Positions 8,788 through 18,156 of a DNA stretch of 64,000 bases are shown here, in pieces. The stretch is taken from positions 58,078 through 122,077 of the forward strand of contig CAZPQJ010000002.1 of NCBI GenBank assembly GCA_964588955.1, in the 5' to 3' direction. This DNA comes from an uncultured Gammaproteobacteria bacterium. Its GTDB lineage: Bacteria > Patescibacteriota > Patescibacteriia > UBA9934 > CAMTUG01. Position 1 is the stretch's first letter. Every line of letters starts with the position of its first letter. The position numbers and the translations under genes are program-made. Under the pieces are notes generated by a model. It saw nothing but the letters and a program-made list of their open reading frames with translations. It was not told where the DNA came from and did not search any database.

Positions 8788-9972
8788 ATGGCAAAAAGTT
8801 TCTGCTTAGAATGCTCACCAACGCACCAGTTAAACCACGCGAGCGCGCGTTTTTCCAGCATGGTTGCGGACTATTTGGAACGCGCAAGCGATGCCATTAT
8901 TCCCAAACGCCTGAGCCGCTTGGCCGAACGAATCGTGATCGGATCTCTCCTCAAGGGAATGATCGCGAGTGGGATCATGCGACCAAAACCGATCAACGCG
9001 CAGACCCACATTCATCAGCGATCCAAAGTGGTGGCCGAAGAAGCGGCACGGCGAGGTTGGACGATGCACGTGCTGCAGCTTGGTCAAATGCCGACCAACT
9101 TTTTTACCTTAGCGCATCCAGGCGGAAAGATGCTTTTCGAAGGGCTGCCTGGTGTTGATCCCATCAACAGTCAGTCGATGGTTGACGACAAGGAGTGGAC
9201 GCGCGCGCTCATGGATCGCCTCCACGTGCCCACGCCCCAAGGAAACAGTTTTACCAAAACGGAAGAGGCGGTTGCCTACGGCATGTCGATCGGGTTTCCT
9301 TTGGTCGTGAAGCCGCGTTTTGGGTCGCTGTCCGCTCACACCACCGTCAGCATCCAATCCGAAAAGGAACTGCGGCGGGCAATTGCCGTGGCTCAGGAAA
9401 TTTGTTTGCCGTTTATTGTGGAACGCTATGTGCCAGGTGCGCTGTATCGTGCCACCATGGTTGGCAACAACGTCATCGCCATCGGCCGGCGCGACCCGCC
9501 ATCTATTGTCGGTGACGGTATCTCCACGGTTGCCGAACTGGTTGCCAAACGAGAACAAGAGCAGCAAACATTGATGATTTCACTCGGTTATAAGCCGGAA
9601 GAAATCCCTTCACTCCCCACCCACCACATGAAAGCCAAGCCCACTGACGTTCTGCCGGCGGGTGAACGCATGGCCGTCACCTGGAAAATTAACTTGTCCT
9701 ATGGGGCAACGGTAGAAGATGTCACAGATACAGCGCATCCAGACAACATCGCCCTGTTTGAAACCATCGCCCGGGAAACACAGCGTGCCGTACTTGGCAT
9801 CGACTTTCTCGCTCCGTCTATCGCCACGAGCTATCGGGAACAAACCTGCGCAGTGATCGAATTGAACTCCCTCCCCTCCATCGACTTACACCATCCACCC
9901 ATCGTCATCGGCACCCCCCGCAACGTTGCCGGTGCTTTACTCGACTTTGTTACAAAGACTGTTTCTACGTGA
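8788..9972 (+). CDS. stand-alone ATP-grasp ligase (cyanophycin synthetase/GshF ATP-grasp-like)
   Basis: DDK, FPLVVKP, R.P..IVGDG.ST..EL, GID, IELNSLP and HH motifs. Confidence 0.8.
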   Translation: MAKSFCLECSPTHQLNHASARFSSMVADYLERASDAIIPKRLSRLAERIVIGSLLKGMIASGIMRPKPINAQTHIHQRSKVVAEEAARRGWTMHVLQLGQMPTNFFTLAHPGGKMLFEGLPGVDPINSQSMVDDKEWTRALMDRLHVPTPQGNSFTKTEEAVAYGMSIGFPLVVKPRFGSLSAHTTVSIQSEKELRRAIAVAQEICLPFIVERYVPGALYRATMVGNNVIAIGRRDPPSIVGDGISTVAELVAKREQEQQTLMISLGYKPEEIPSLPTHHMKAKPTDVLPAGERMAVTWKINLSYGATVEDVTDTAHPDNIALFETIARETQRAVLGIDFLAPSIATSYREQTCAVIELNSLPSIDLHHPPIVIGTPRNVAGALLDFVTKTVST

Positions 9973-10293
9973 AGATACAGATAGGACCTTTTAAGAGATG
10001 CGGCGGGATGCAGTGGGTGGTAGGTCTTTGGAAGTGCTGTTTTATGACCCACCGTAAACCCTACGTCTTTTCAACGTATAGCCAACGTACTAACGACGTA
10101 GACTTTACACATCTACGCAAAACTGACTATTTCAATACCCTACTCTGAAAGCAAGATGCGACGTTTAAAACACACCACCCAAACCTACCCCTTCCCTCCT
10201 TCTACCAGGTTCCCCAACGCAATAGCAATCTAGCTTCCCGCTAGACTTTTTGCTATACTGAGCCCATTAGAAGCCTGTGAAAAAGAAACGCGT

Positions 10294-11157
10294 ATGAAGA
10301 TTCGCAAGGTTGTGATCCCGGTCGCCGGCTACGGAACCCGCTTTTTACCCGCCACTAAAGCGATGCCAAAAGAGATGATGCCGATTCTCGACAAGCCCGT
10401 CATTCAATTCGTTGTTGAAGAGGCTGTGGCAGCCGGCATTACCGATATTATTTTAGTAACTGGTGCTTCCAAACGCTCAGTGGAAGATCATTTTGACTAC
10501 AACTACGAATTACAAAATTGGCTCAAAAAACAAGGCAAGGAAGAGTTGCGCGAACGCATGAAACGTATCGCCGACATGGCCAATTTCACCTATATTCGCC
10601 AAAAAGGCCCCTATGGCAACGGTACGCCGGTGCTCAACTGTGAACATGTAATAGGCGACGAACCGTTTGCTGTGGTTTTTGGCGACGAATTCTTTACGAG
10701 CAAAGTCCCGCGCTTAAAACAGCTCACTGACGTTTGGGACAAGTATCACGATCCGGTATTAACAGGCATCCCTACAGACAAAGCCGGCTTGTCCCGCTTC
10801 GGGATCGTCAAAACCGAGGCAAAAGTAGAGAACGATTTATATCAAGCAAGCGGGGTGGTGGAAAAACCAGGACCCGACGCCGCACCATCAAACATCGCCG
10901 CGGTGAGCGGATACATTTTGCCACCGGAAATCTTTGCCGCGCTCAAAAAAACCAAACGTGGAAAGGGAGGAGAAATTTGGCTCGTCGATGCTATCTCCAA
11001 GATCGCCAAAACGCGTCCGCTGTACTGCAAAATCGTTGAAGGTATCTATCGCGACACAGGAACCAAAGAGGCTTGGCTGAAAACGAACATCGCCCTTGCT
11101 CTCGAGGACAAAACGCTCGGACCGGAGATCAAGAAATACATTAAATCGCTGATGTAG
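10294..11157 (+). CDS. galU: UTP--glucose-1-phosphate uridylyltransferase
   Basis: VIPVAGYGTRFLPATKAMPKEM and VEKP motifs. Confidence 0.95.
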   Translation: MKIRKVVIPVAGYGTRFLPATKAMPKEMMPILDKPVIQFVVEEAVAAGITDIILVTGASKRSVEDHFDYNYELQNWLKKQGKEELRERMKRIADMANFTYIRQKGPYGNGTPVLNCEHVIGDEPFAVVFGDEFFTSKVPRLKQLTDVWDKYHDPVLTGIPTDKAGLSRFGIVKTEAKVENDLYQASGVVEKPGPDAAPSNIAAVSGYILPPEIFAALKKTKRGKGGEIWLVDAISKIAKTRPLYCKIVEGIYRDTGTKEAWLKTNIALALEDKTLGPEIKKYIKSLM

Positions 11158-11159
11158 AT

Positions 11160-12533
11160 ATGAAAAAGTTCTTTGCTCTTTCGTTGCTGGCGCTCCTACT
11201 CACCGGGCTCGGCTGTTCCAACAACTCCCAACAAGCCGCCGCACCTGTTTCGCTTACCATTTGGGGAGTCTTCGACAACGCCAGCAATTATTCGGCAGTG
11301 ATCGACGACTATCGCGTCCAACACCCAAACGTTTCCGTGAGCTTTCGCGAATTTCGCTACGAAGAGTACCAAGACGCGCTCATCCGTGCCTTTGCCGAAG
11401 GGAACGGACCAGACATCTTTTTGGTCCACAACGATTGGATGCGCCAGTACAAAAGTTTAATGACCCCGCTTCCGGCAAGCGTGACCATTGGCTATCAAGA
11501 AGTGAAGGGAACGATCAAAAAACAGATCGTCAACGTTCTGCGCACGGAAAATACCTTATCTATGCGTTCCTTTCGCGATAAGTTCGTTGACGCCGTAGAA
11601 GACGACGCTATTCTCCCCTACCAACCAGACAGCAAACAAGCCGCCGTAGATAAAATCTACGCCTTACCTCTCGCTCTCGACACCCTGGGGCTCTATTGGA
11701 ACAAGGATTTACTCAACGCTGCCGGCATCGCCGCCGCACCAACCACCTGGACAGAGTTTCAAACCGACGTCGCCAAACTCACCAAAATCGATGCCACCGG
11801 AACAATCACCCAATCCGGCGCGGCACTTGGTACTTCCGGCAACGTAGAACGTGGCGCGGATTTACTCGCTCTTTTAATGTTGCAAAACGGCACCACCATG
11901 ACCGACACAAACGGTAACGCGGTATTCGACAAAACCTCTGGCACGCAATCCGCCGGCGATTTGCCCGGCCTCGACGCCGCACGGTTCTACACCGACTTTG
12001 CCAACCCTACCAAAGCGGTTTACACCTGGAATGCGGAGCAACCAAACTCCTTTGATGCCTTCACGAGCGGAACCGCGGCAATGTTCTTTGGCTATGCCTA
12101 CCACATGCCACTCATCAAAACTGCCGCACCCAAACTCAACTTCGCTGTTTCCGGCGTGCCACAAATTGAAGGTGGGCGCGAGGTCAACTTTGGCAACGAG
12201 TGGATGGCCGCCGTTTCCAAAGACACAGACGAGGTGAATTACGCATGGGACTTCATCCAGTTTCTCACCACCAACCCAGATGAAAACGCCAAGTACTTAG
12301 AAGCAGCCGGCAAACCGCCAGCACTGCGCTCGCTCATTGCCAGCCAGCTGGAAGATGAAGAGCTGGCTCCCTTTGCCGAGCAAGTCTTAACCGCGCAAAC
12401 GTGGTACCGCGGCAAAGACATTGCCGCCGCCGAAGAAGCCCTCTACGGGCTTGTCGACGCTATTCTCTCCGGCACCATCGAACCTACCAACGCCATAAAA
12501 ACAGCGGCCAACAAAATCAACCAAACGTTATGA
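11160..12533 (+). CDS. extracellular solute-binding lipoprotein (sugar ABC SBP family 1)
   Basis: lipobox LGC, GPDIF, LYWNKDLL and PTTWTEF motifs; no permease adjacent. Confidence 0.85.
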   Translation: MKKFFALSLLALLLTGLGCSNNSQQAAAPVSLTIWGVFDNASNYSAVIDDYRVQHPNVSVSFREFRYEEYQDALIRAFAEGNGPDIFLVHNDWMRQYKSLMTPLPASVTIGYQEVKGTIKKQIVNVLRTENTLSMRSFRDKFVDAVEDDAILPYQPDSKQAAVDKIYALPLALDTLGLYWNKDLLNAAGIAAAPTTWTEFQTDVAKLTKIDATGTITQSGAALGTSGNVERGADLLALLMLQNGTTMTDTNGNAVFDKTSGTQSAGDLPGLDAARFYTDFANPTKAVYTWNAEQPNSFDAFTSGTAAMFFGYAYHMPLIKTAAPKLNFAVSGVPQIEGGREVNFGNEWMAAVSKDTDEVNYAWDFIQFLTTNPDENAKYLEAAGKPPALRSLIASQLEDEELAPFAEQVLTAQTWYRGKDIAAAEEALYGLVDAILSGTIEPTNAIKTAANKINQTL

Positions 12534-13318
12534 GATTCTTTCGATTAACACTGTTGTTGCTTGTTGTCGGTGGTGCCTTGCTAACAACGCAATTTGTTTA
12601 CGCCAGTGACTGTACGGATACCTGTGGCACGGATTACCAAGACTGTATCGAAGCAAATCCTTATACAGACAGCGGCTCCACGCAGTATGGCGATTACGAT
12701 TTAGCTTGCTTCAACACCTCCATCGCCTGCCAAGATGAGTGTTTAGCTGCTTTGGAAACATCCTCTTCAACAAACACGACAACAACTACCGCAACCTCCG
12801 ACACCGTTTCCTACACAACCGCTGACCAAACAACCTATTTCAGAGAGCTGCAAGCCAACGGCATCACCTTTGCCTACGTGAGCCCTGACTGTAAAGACCA
12901 CGGCGAGTGCACGCTTGAAGACATCATGCAGGTGTTCACCAACATTGCCAATTTTATTTTGGGGATTGTGGGGTCACTCACCTTGATCATTTTCGTCTAC
13001 GGCGGTTTTCTCTGGCTCGTCTCCCAAGGCAGCTCCGAAAAGATTGAACAAGGCAAAACGGCCATGACAGGATCGGTCATTGGCTTAGTGATTGTCTTCG
13101 TAGCCTTTTCCGCGATCAACTTACTTACTGGCGCCTTACGCGGCGGCTCGGCCGACCAAACCAACAAGTGCGAACTTGTTTCCCCTGCCGAGGGAGGGAT
13201 GGCTGGCACGGGGTACGCCTGTATCAACACGGAAGGGCTCGACACGACAACCGACTACACCTGCGAAGACAATCTCTGCCCAGGCGGAGAAACGATCAAG
13301 TGCTGCATCAAAAATTAA
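12530..13318 (+). CDS. VirB2/TrbC-like pilin with Cys-rich flanking domains
   Basis: YGGFLWLVSQGSSEKIEQGK...VIGLVIV pilin core; Cys-rich N- and C-terminal domains. Confidence 0.75.
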   Translation: MRFFRLTLLLLVVGGALLTTQFVYASDCTDTCGTDYQDCIEANPYTDSGSTQYGDYDLACFNTSIACQDECLAALETSSSTNTTTTTATSDTVSYTTADQTTYFRELQANGITFAYVSPDCKDHGECTLEDIMQVFTNIANFILGIVGSLTLIIFVYGGFLWLVSQGSSEKIEQGKTAMTGSVIGLVIVFVAFSAINLLTGALRGGSADQTNKCELVSPAEGGMAGTGYACINTEGLDTTTDYTCEDNLCPGGETIKCCIKN

Positions 13319-13323
13319 TCTCT

Positions 13324-13665
13324 ATGAAAAAAATTGCCTTCGGTATTTTAAGCTCAGCACTGTTGCTGCCACTCGCCGCGTTGGCGCAAGATGACTCTTA
13401 CGTCGCGCTCACCAATCCGCTTGCCAGCGACGATATTCGCGTCATTATCGGTTACATCATTAAGGCCGCGCTTGGCTTTTCTGGCACGCTTGCACTCGTC
13501 ATGGTGATCTGGGGAGGATTTCTGTGGTTGACTTCTCAAGGGAATGCTGAGAAAATTGAGAAAGGCAAAGCAATCCTCCTGTGGGCAACGATTGGACTCA
13601 TCGTTATTTTCTTCGCCTACACCATTGTGAGCGCCGTCATTACGACTCTCACATCCGCCGCTTAA
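13324..13665 (+). CDS. VirB2/TrbC-like pilin
   Basis: signal peptide, LTNPL, WGGFLWLTSQGNAEKIEKGK. Confidence 0.8.
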   Translation: MKKIAFGILSSALLLPLAALAQDDSYVALTNPLASDDIRVIIGYIIKAALGFSGTLALVMVIWGGFLWLTSQGNAEKIEKGKAILLWATIGLIVIFFAYTIVSAVITTLTSAA

Positions 13666-13698
13666 ACAATCGAAACGTAAATCATTTTTAACTCCTGT

Positions 13699-14133
13699 AT
13701 GACGACATCACGTCTCAAACAATTGGCCGTCGCCGCCGCGCTTACGACCATGACCCTCGGGTTCGGATCAATCAGTGCCTTAACCGCCCATGCTGCCGAC
13801 GATAGCGGCGGATCAGACTCCACCACCTATTCCCCCATTACCGCCAATGATTTGTTGAACAGTAACTTTGGCAACGCCACCGGTCTCGGTTCCGGCGATT
13901 TGAACGACACCATTGGAGCCATTATCCGCGCCGCCCTTGGATTCTTGGGTGTCATCGCCGTGGTGATTATCTTGTTCGGAGGCTTCAAGTGGATGACGGC
14001 TGGAGGTAACGAAGAGAAGACCGGCGAAGCGCGCAAATTGATCATCGCCGGTATCATTGGTTTGGCGATTATCTTGTCCGCCTACGCCATCGCCACCTTC
14101 GTGATCACCCGCTTGGTTTCAGCGACAACCTAA
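13699..14133 (+). CDS. VirB2/TrbC-like pilin
   Basis: GGFKWMTAGGNEEKTGEARK...IIGLAIIL. Confidence 0.8.
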   Translation: MTTSRLKQLAVAAALTTMTLGFGSISALTAHAADDSGGSDSTTYSPITANDLLNSNFGNATGLGSGDLNDTIGAIIRAALGFLGVIAVVIILFGGFKWMTAGGNEEKTGEARKLIIAGIIGLAIILSAYAIATFVITRLVSATT

Positions 14134-14204
14134 ACGATTCCCTTCCCCGAAGGTTTCTTCGGGGATGACGCGAGCGGAGTTTCCCTAAAATCCCTTCGCG
14201 CCAT

Positions 14205-14534
14205 ATGACCAACTTTCCTTCTAAGCTTCTCGCCCAAGGTATTAGTGTTGACGATACAGGTCTTGGCACCACCGCCAACGCCGCAAGCTACGGATCAGCC
14301 GGCAGCGTACCTGAACTGGTCGGAAGATTAATCGAAACCGCATTAGGATTTGTGGGTTTGGTGATGTTCCTGATTGTTCTCTACGCCGGTTATTTGTGGA
14401 TGACCGCTCAAGGAAACGAGGAACAGATCGTTAAAGCCAAAGGTATGATCGTCAACGCAGTGATTGGATTCATCATTATCACAGCTGCGTATGCCGTTAC
14501 CTTCTACGTGGTGGACACGATTTCCAAGTTATGA
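14205..14534 (+). CDS. VirB2/TrbC-like pilin
   Basis: YAGYLWMTAQGNEEQIVKAK. Confidence 0.8.
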   Translation: MTNFPSKLLAQGISVDDTGLGTTANAASYGSAGSVPELVGRLIETALGFVGLVMFLIVLYAGYLWMTAQGNEEQIVKAKGMIVNAVIGFIIITAAYAVTFYVVDTISKL

Positions 14535-14944
14535 AAAAAACGTTCACTATCTTTTTGGCCGGATTTCTGCTTCTCGCGCCTATTACCACCTTTGCGGCTC
14601 CAGCTTATGGTAATGCCTTAAACTCCGCCGGCAACAGTGCGGGGCTGGCTGGCACAGATGGCGCTCCCACAACCCCTGTTTTAGATCTCGTGGGGAAGAT
14701 TCTCAACACAGCTCTTGGTCTACTCGGTGTCGTCCTTTTTGCCTTAACTGTTTACGCTGGATTCCTTTGGATGACCGCCCAGGGCAACGAAGAACAGGTG
14801 GTCAAAGCCAAAGGCATGTTGCGTAATGCCATTGTTGGCCTTATCATTGTTCTCGCGGCGTACTCCATTGCCAGCTTTGTTACCACACAAGTAAGCAAAT
14901 CTGCCGGACTCACAACCACCGTGCCGACAACCACCGCCCCCTAA
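14531..14944 (+). CDS. VirB2/TrbC-like pilin
   Basis: YAGFLWMTAQGNEEQVVKAK. Confidence 0.8.
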   Translation: MKKTFTIFLAGFLLLAPITTFAAPAYGNALNSAGNSAGLAGTDGAPTTPVLDLVGKILNTALGLLGVVLFALTVYAGFLWMTAQGNEEQVVKAKGMLRNAIVGLIIVLAAYSIASFVTTQVSKSAGLTTTVPTTTAP

Positions 14945-14974
14945 TCTTACATTCAATAAAGAAACGTAATCACT

Positions 14975-15337
14975 ATGATGAAATATCTCATCGTCCCCGT
15001 CCTTCTGCTCATGCCGTACGCTGCCGGAGCCGCCACGCTCGATTTGAATAACGCCCTTACCAACGTTGGTGGTAACGCCTACGGAACCTCTACCCCAACC
15101 GATCTGCTCACGATCATCGGAACGATCATCAACGTCGCCCTCGGATTCCTCGGTGTTATTTTCTTGCTTCTCACCATTTACGCCGGATTCCTTTGGATGA
15201 CTGCCCAGGGCAACGAAGAACAAACTGCCAAAGCTAAAGGCATTTTGACCACCGCCATTGTTGGTTTGGTCATCACCCTCGCCGCCTACTCCATCGCCGC
15301 GTTTGTGGTGAACCAAGTGACCACCGCCACGCGCTAG
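14975..15337 (+). CDS. VirB2/TrbC-like pilin
   Basis: YAGFLWMTAQGNEEQTAKAK. Confidence 0.8.
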   Translation: MMKYLIVPVLLLMPYAAGAATLDLNNALTNVGGNAYGTSTPTDLLTIIGTIINVALGFLGVIFLLLTIYAGFLWMTAQGNEEQTAKAKGILTTAIVGLVITLAAYSIAAFVVNQVTTATR

Positions 15338-15343
15338 TATACG

Positions 15344-15470
15344 TGGATCTTTGAAAAACTGATGGATTTTCGTTGAATGGGCTGTTGAGCTCGCGAGACG
15401 TATGGAAAGATACGTCGAGCGAGTCAACGGGTGCCCATGAGACGAAAAGACGCAGTTTTACAGAGATCCA
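15344..15470 (+). repeat. long imperfect hairpin element, copy 1 (GA-GACGTAT/ATACGTC-GA core)
   Basis: 127-nt rod-like fold-back; shares its core with 46424-46545. Confidence 0.7.
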
Positions 15471-15476
15471 AAAAGC

Positions 15477-15517
15477 AGAAGACCCCCGGACGCCGTACGC
15501 GTCTGGGGGTTTTCTTG
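15477..15517. terminator. bidirectional terminator
   Basis: GACCCCCGGACGC...GCGTCTGGGGGTT hairpin between convergent genes. Confidence 0.6.
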
Positions 15518-15553
15518 AGTGAGCGTGGATGAGTGATCCGCGCTCTGGGGTCG

Positions 15554-16534
15554 TCAACGGAAGTCGCTGTCCATCAGCCAGGCTTCCACCCGGCCGTTGT
15601 AGGCGTTGTATCCGTAGACGTGGCTGCCCACGAACCGCCAAGTGCTCGCGCCGTCCATGCGGACGAACTTGAGCACCGTGAAGCTTCCGATCGCCTCAGG
15701 GACGACGAACTTGGCGTCACGAGTGCCGATGAGCGCGGAGACGTGGGCGCGGCCACCCGTGTCCGGGTGACGGATCCACACCCCCTTGAACTTGCCGCGG
15801 ATGCGGGCGTTCGTCGGGAGTCGATCTAGTCCAGCCGACACCTGGATGATCTCCGGCTGGAGATCATCCCCTGCGCCCGGTGAGGAGCACATGGGGAGGG
15901 ACTCTCCACCCACCATCACCGCGTAGGCGGTGAAAGGGGCTGCCGCCATCTCCTCCCGCCTCGCGCTCGGTGCGCCGTTGTGCGGCGACGGCTGGTCGTT
16001 GTGCAGGACGGCAATCAAGCTATCCCGCATCACGAACATGCCGTCGTAGCTCCCAACCTCGGCGTTGCCACCCTGCGCGAACTGCCCGCACGGATCGAAA
16101 TCCGTCTGGAACGTGGGCAACTCCTTCTTCGCCGTCGGCTGGGTGTCCGGCTCCGGGGCGGGGCGGTTGACCACCACCTTGGACTGAACCACCGGCGGGG
16201 ACGCAATGGCCACCGACCGGGGATCCGGCGGCGGGGGCAACCGCTCTGCCTGTGCCACCACGCTGGGCGGCACGGGCGACCAGCCGACCTCCTCCACCAC
16301 CGGCTCCGGCGGAGGTTGCTCAGCAACCGCGGCGACCGGTTCCGAAGGCGTCCCCTGCCCAAGGCACTTGATCCGCCGCTCTTCCGCGGCCTGACAGGCC
16401 GCGGGGTCGGTCGACCCGGGCTCTTCTTCACAGATCGACAGAGCCGATCCGATTGCGAGCCAGTCGCACTCCGTCTCAGTCGAGACGGGAGTGGACGCGA
16501 AGGCGAGGGACACCAGCGTGATGAACAGAAACAT
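15554..16534 (-). CDS. GC-rich orphan secreted protein with Pro-rich linker
   Basis: signal peptide MFLFITLVSLAFA, GGAG SD, TTGACA-17-TATTTT promoter (16647-16619). Confidence 0.7.
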   Translation of the reverse strand: MFLFITLVSLAFASTPVSTETECDWLAIGSALSICEEEPGSTDPAACQAAEERRIKCLGQGTPSEPVAAVAEQPPPEPVVEEVGWSPVPPSVVAQAERLPPPPDPRSVAIASPPVVQSKVVVNRPAPEPDTQPTAKKELPTFQTDFDPCGQFAQGGNAEVGSYDGMFVMRDSLIAVLHNDQPSPHNGAPSARREEMAAAPFTAYAVMVGGESLPMCSSPGAGDDLQPEIIQVSAGLDRLPTNARIRGKFKGVWIRHPDTGGRAHVSALIGTRDAKFVVPEAIGSFTVLKFVRMDGASTWRFVGSHVYGYNAYNGRVEAWLMDSDFR

Positions 16535-16772
16535 CGAAGACTCCGGTGGCGCAATGCGCCGGTGAAATGAACTCTTTTGCCGCTTTTCTAGCCTTTCCAG
16601 GCCTTTAGCGGACCAATAAAAATAGCACATTTTGGCGATTTTGTCAATGGTATTGGATGGGAGAGAAAGCAGGAGAAAACAGGATAAAGTTGGATAAAAT
16701 GGGAGAAGAATGCCATGAAGTTTTCTTTTTCTCCTATTTTCTCCAACTTTTTCTCTTCTCTCCCGAAACCGG

Positions 16773-16801
16773 TTGACAAAAAGCCATTTTTCTGCTATAT
16801 T
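16773..16801 (+). promoter_or_regulatory. sigma70-type promoter TTGACA-17-TATATT
   Basis: consensus -35 and near-consensus extended -10. Confidence 0.7.
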
Positions 16802-16954
16802 TCTCAGTTCCTCATCTTGCGCAATCCTGCGTCAGGTGAGGCCACATTGCTGTTTCACAACTGAAAAAGCTTGCCTCAAACGCAAGCCACTCTCGTGGAA
16901 CAAAAAAGAAACCAAACTCAAACACCGCGCGCAAGCGCGGATGGAGATGCCGAC

Positions 16955-18112
16955 ATGGCAATCCTCAACTTCGCCAAAAAAACGGCGATCAAGACCATTC
17001 AACAGAAGATCATCAACGGGGTGATCGTTCTCGTGGCTGGGAGTGGTGTGGCCGTGAGCCGTACCGAGCTCGGTACGAGAGTCCTCGTGGTAATGGCCGA
17101 ATTCCTGCGCGATAATCCGCTGGTTCTCGCGATCCTGCGGGAAGTGGTGGAGAGCGAGGGTCCGCAGGCCATCGACGTGATGGTCGATGAACTGCTGAGT
17201 CAGCGCAACATCACGGGAGAAGCCCGCGATGCCTTCATCGACGCTGCCGACGACATCGGCGAAGCACTAGGGAAGCGGGGCGCAGACGCCCTCGCCCCCG
17301 AGAATCTCGACGCCTACATCCTGGCCGCGCGGGCACGTCTGGCAGCGGACACCCGCCGCCGGACAGCCATCGTCGCCCAATCCACCCTCATCCAGCCGGC
17401 GGCCATCGCCGGCATCACGGGAGCTCCCATGCCCACTGGACTAGCCGGCGAAGCGCATGCGCTCGCCGTGTTCTCGACCACGCTCAGCGACAGCGGTCGC
17501 CGCCTGCTCGAGGCGTGGTTCACACCGATCGACACCGCCATCACCACGGACACCCGCGGAGAAGTCCCCGGTGCCCGAGTGAAGCTCCGTCGCATGTACC
17601 TCGCGGTGCAAGCCGACGAGGCAGGCATGCGGACGGAGTTCGAAAACGCAGTCCGCTTGTGGGGCCTCACCACGCAGGCGATCAACTACCTGCACGCGCA
17701 AGCCAAGCTGCGGGTACCCGAAGACCGGGCGGGAGACATCGCCGCAGATGCCACCGACGCCGCCCTGCCGACCAACACGATCATCACGATCGCCGAGGTG
17801 GGTGGAGCGGTGCTGAGCGGTGGGTTCCTGCTCTGGGTGTGTGGCTGGACGATCATCATGATCGGCCTGTTCGGCACCGGCGGAATCCTGTTCGTGATCG
17901 GGGTCGTTCGCTTCATCCAGAAGCAGACGGTCTACACCCCGGTTCTCCTCGTCGCCGGCGTGGCGATGATCCTCGCGGGACTCGTTCCCATGGGGTTCGT
18001 CGGAGCTGCCCTGGAGACGGTGGAGGAGCCGTTCGTGCTGGCGAAGAACGCCATCATCGCCCGCATCAAGCAGATCCAGACCCGTGTCGCTCCCCCGAGC
18101 GGCACTCCCTGA
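16955..18112 (+). CDS. GC-rich orphan membrane protein
   Basis: GGAG SD preceded by a GCAA-tetraloop hairpin; C-terminal TM segments. Confidence 0.7.
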   Translation: MAILNFAKKTAIKTIQQKIINGVIVLVAGSGVAVSRTELGTRVLVVMAEFLRDNPLVLAILREVVESEGPQAIDVMVDELLSQRNITGEARDAFIDAADDIGEALGKRGADALAPENLDAYILAARARLAADTRRRTAIVAQSTLIQPAAIAGITGAPMPTGLAGEAHALAVFSTTLSDSGRRLLEAWFTPIDTAITTDTRGEVPGARVKLRRMYLAVQADEAGMRTEFENAVRLWGLTTQAINYLHAQAKLRVPEDRAGDIAADATDAALPTNTIITIAEVGGAVLSGGFLLWVCGWTIIMIGLFGTGGILFVIGVVRFIQKQTVYTPVLLVAGVAMILAGLVPMGFVGAALETVEEPFVLAKNAIIARIKQIQTRVAPPSGTP

Positions 18113-18156
18113 AAAACCTACGGGGGGTTGCGCAAGCGACCCCCAAGGAGAATTCG

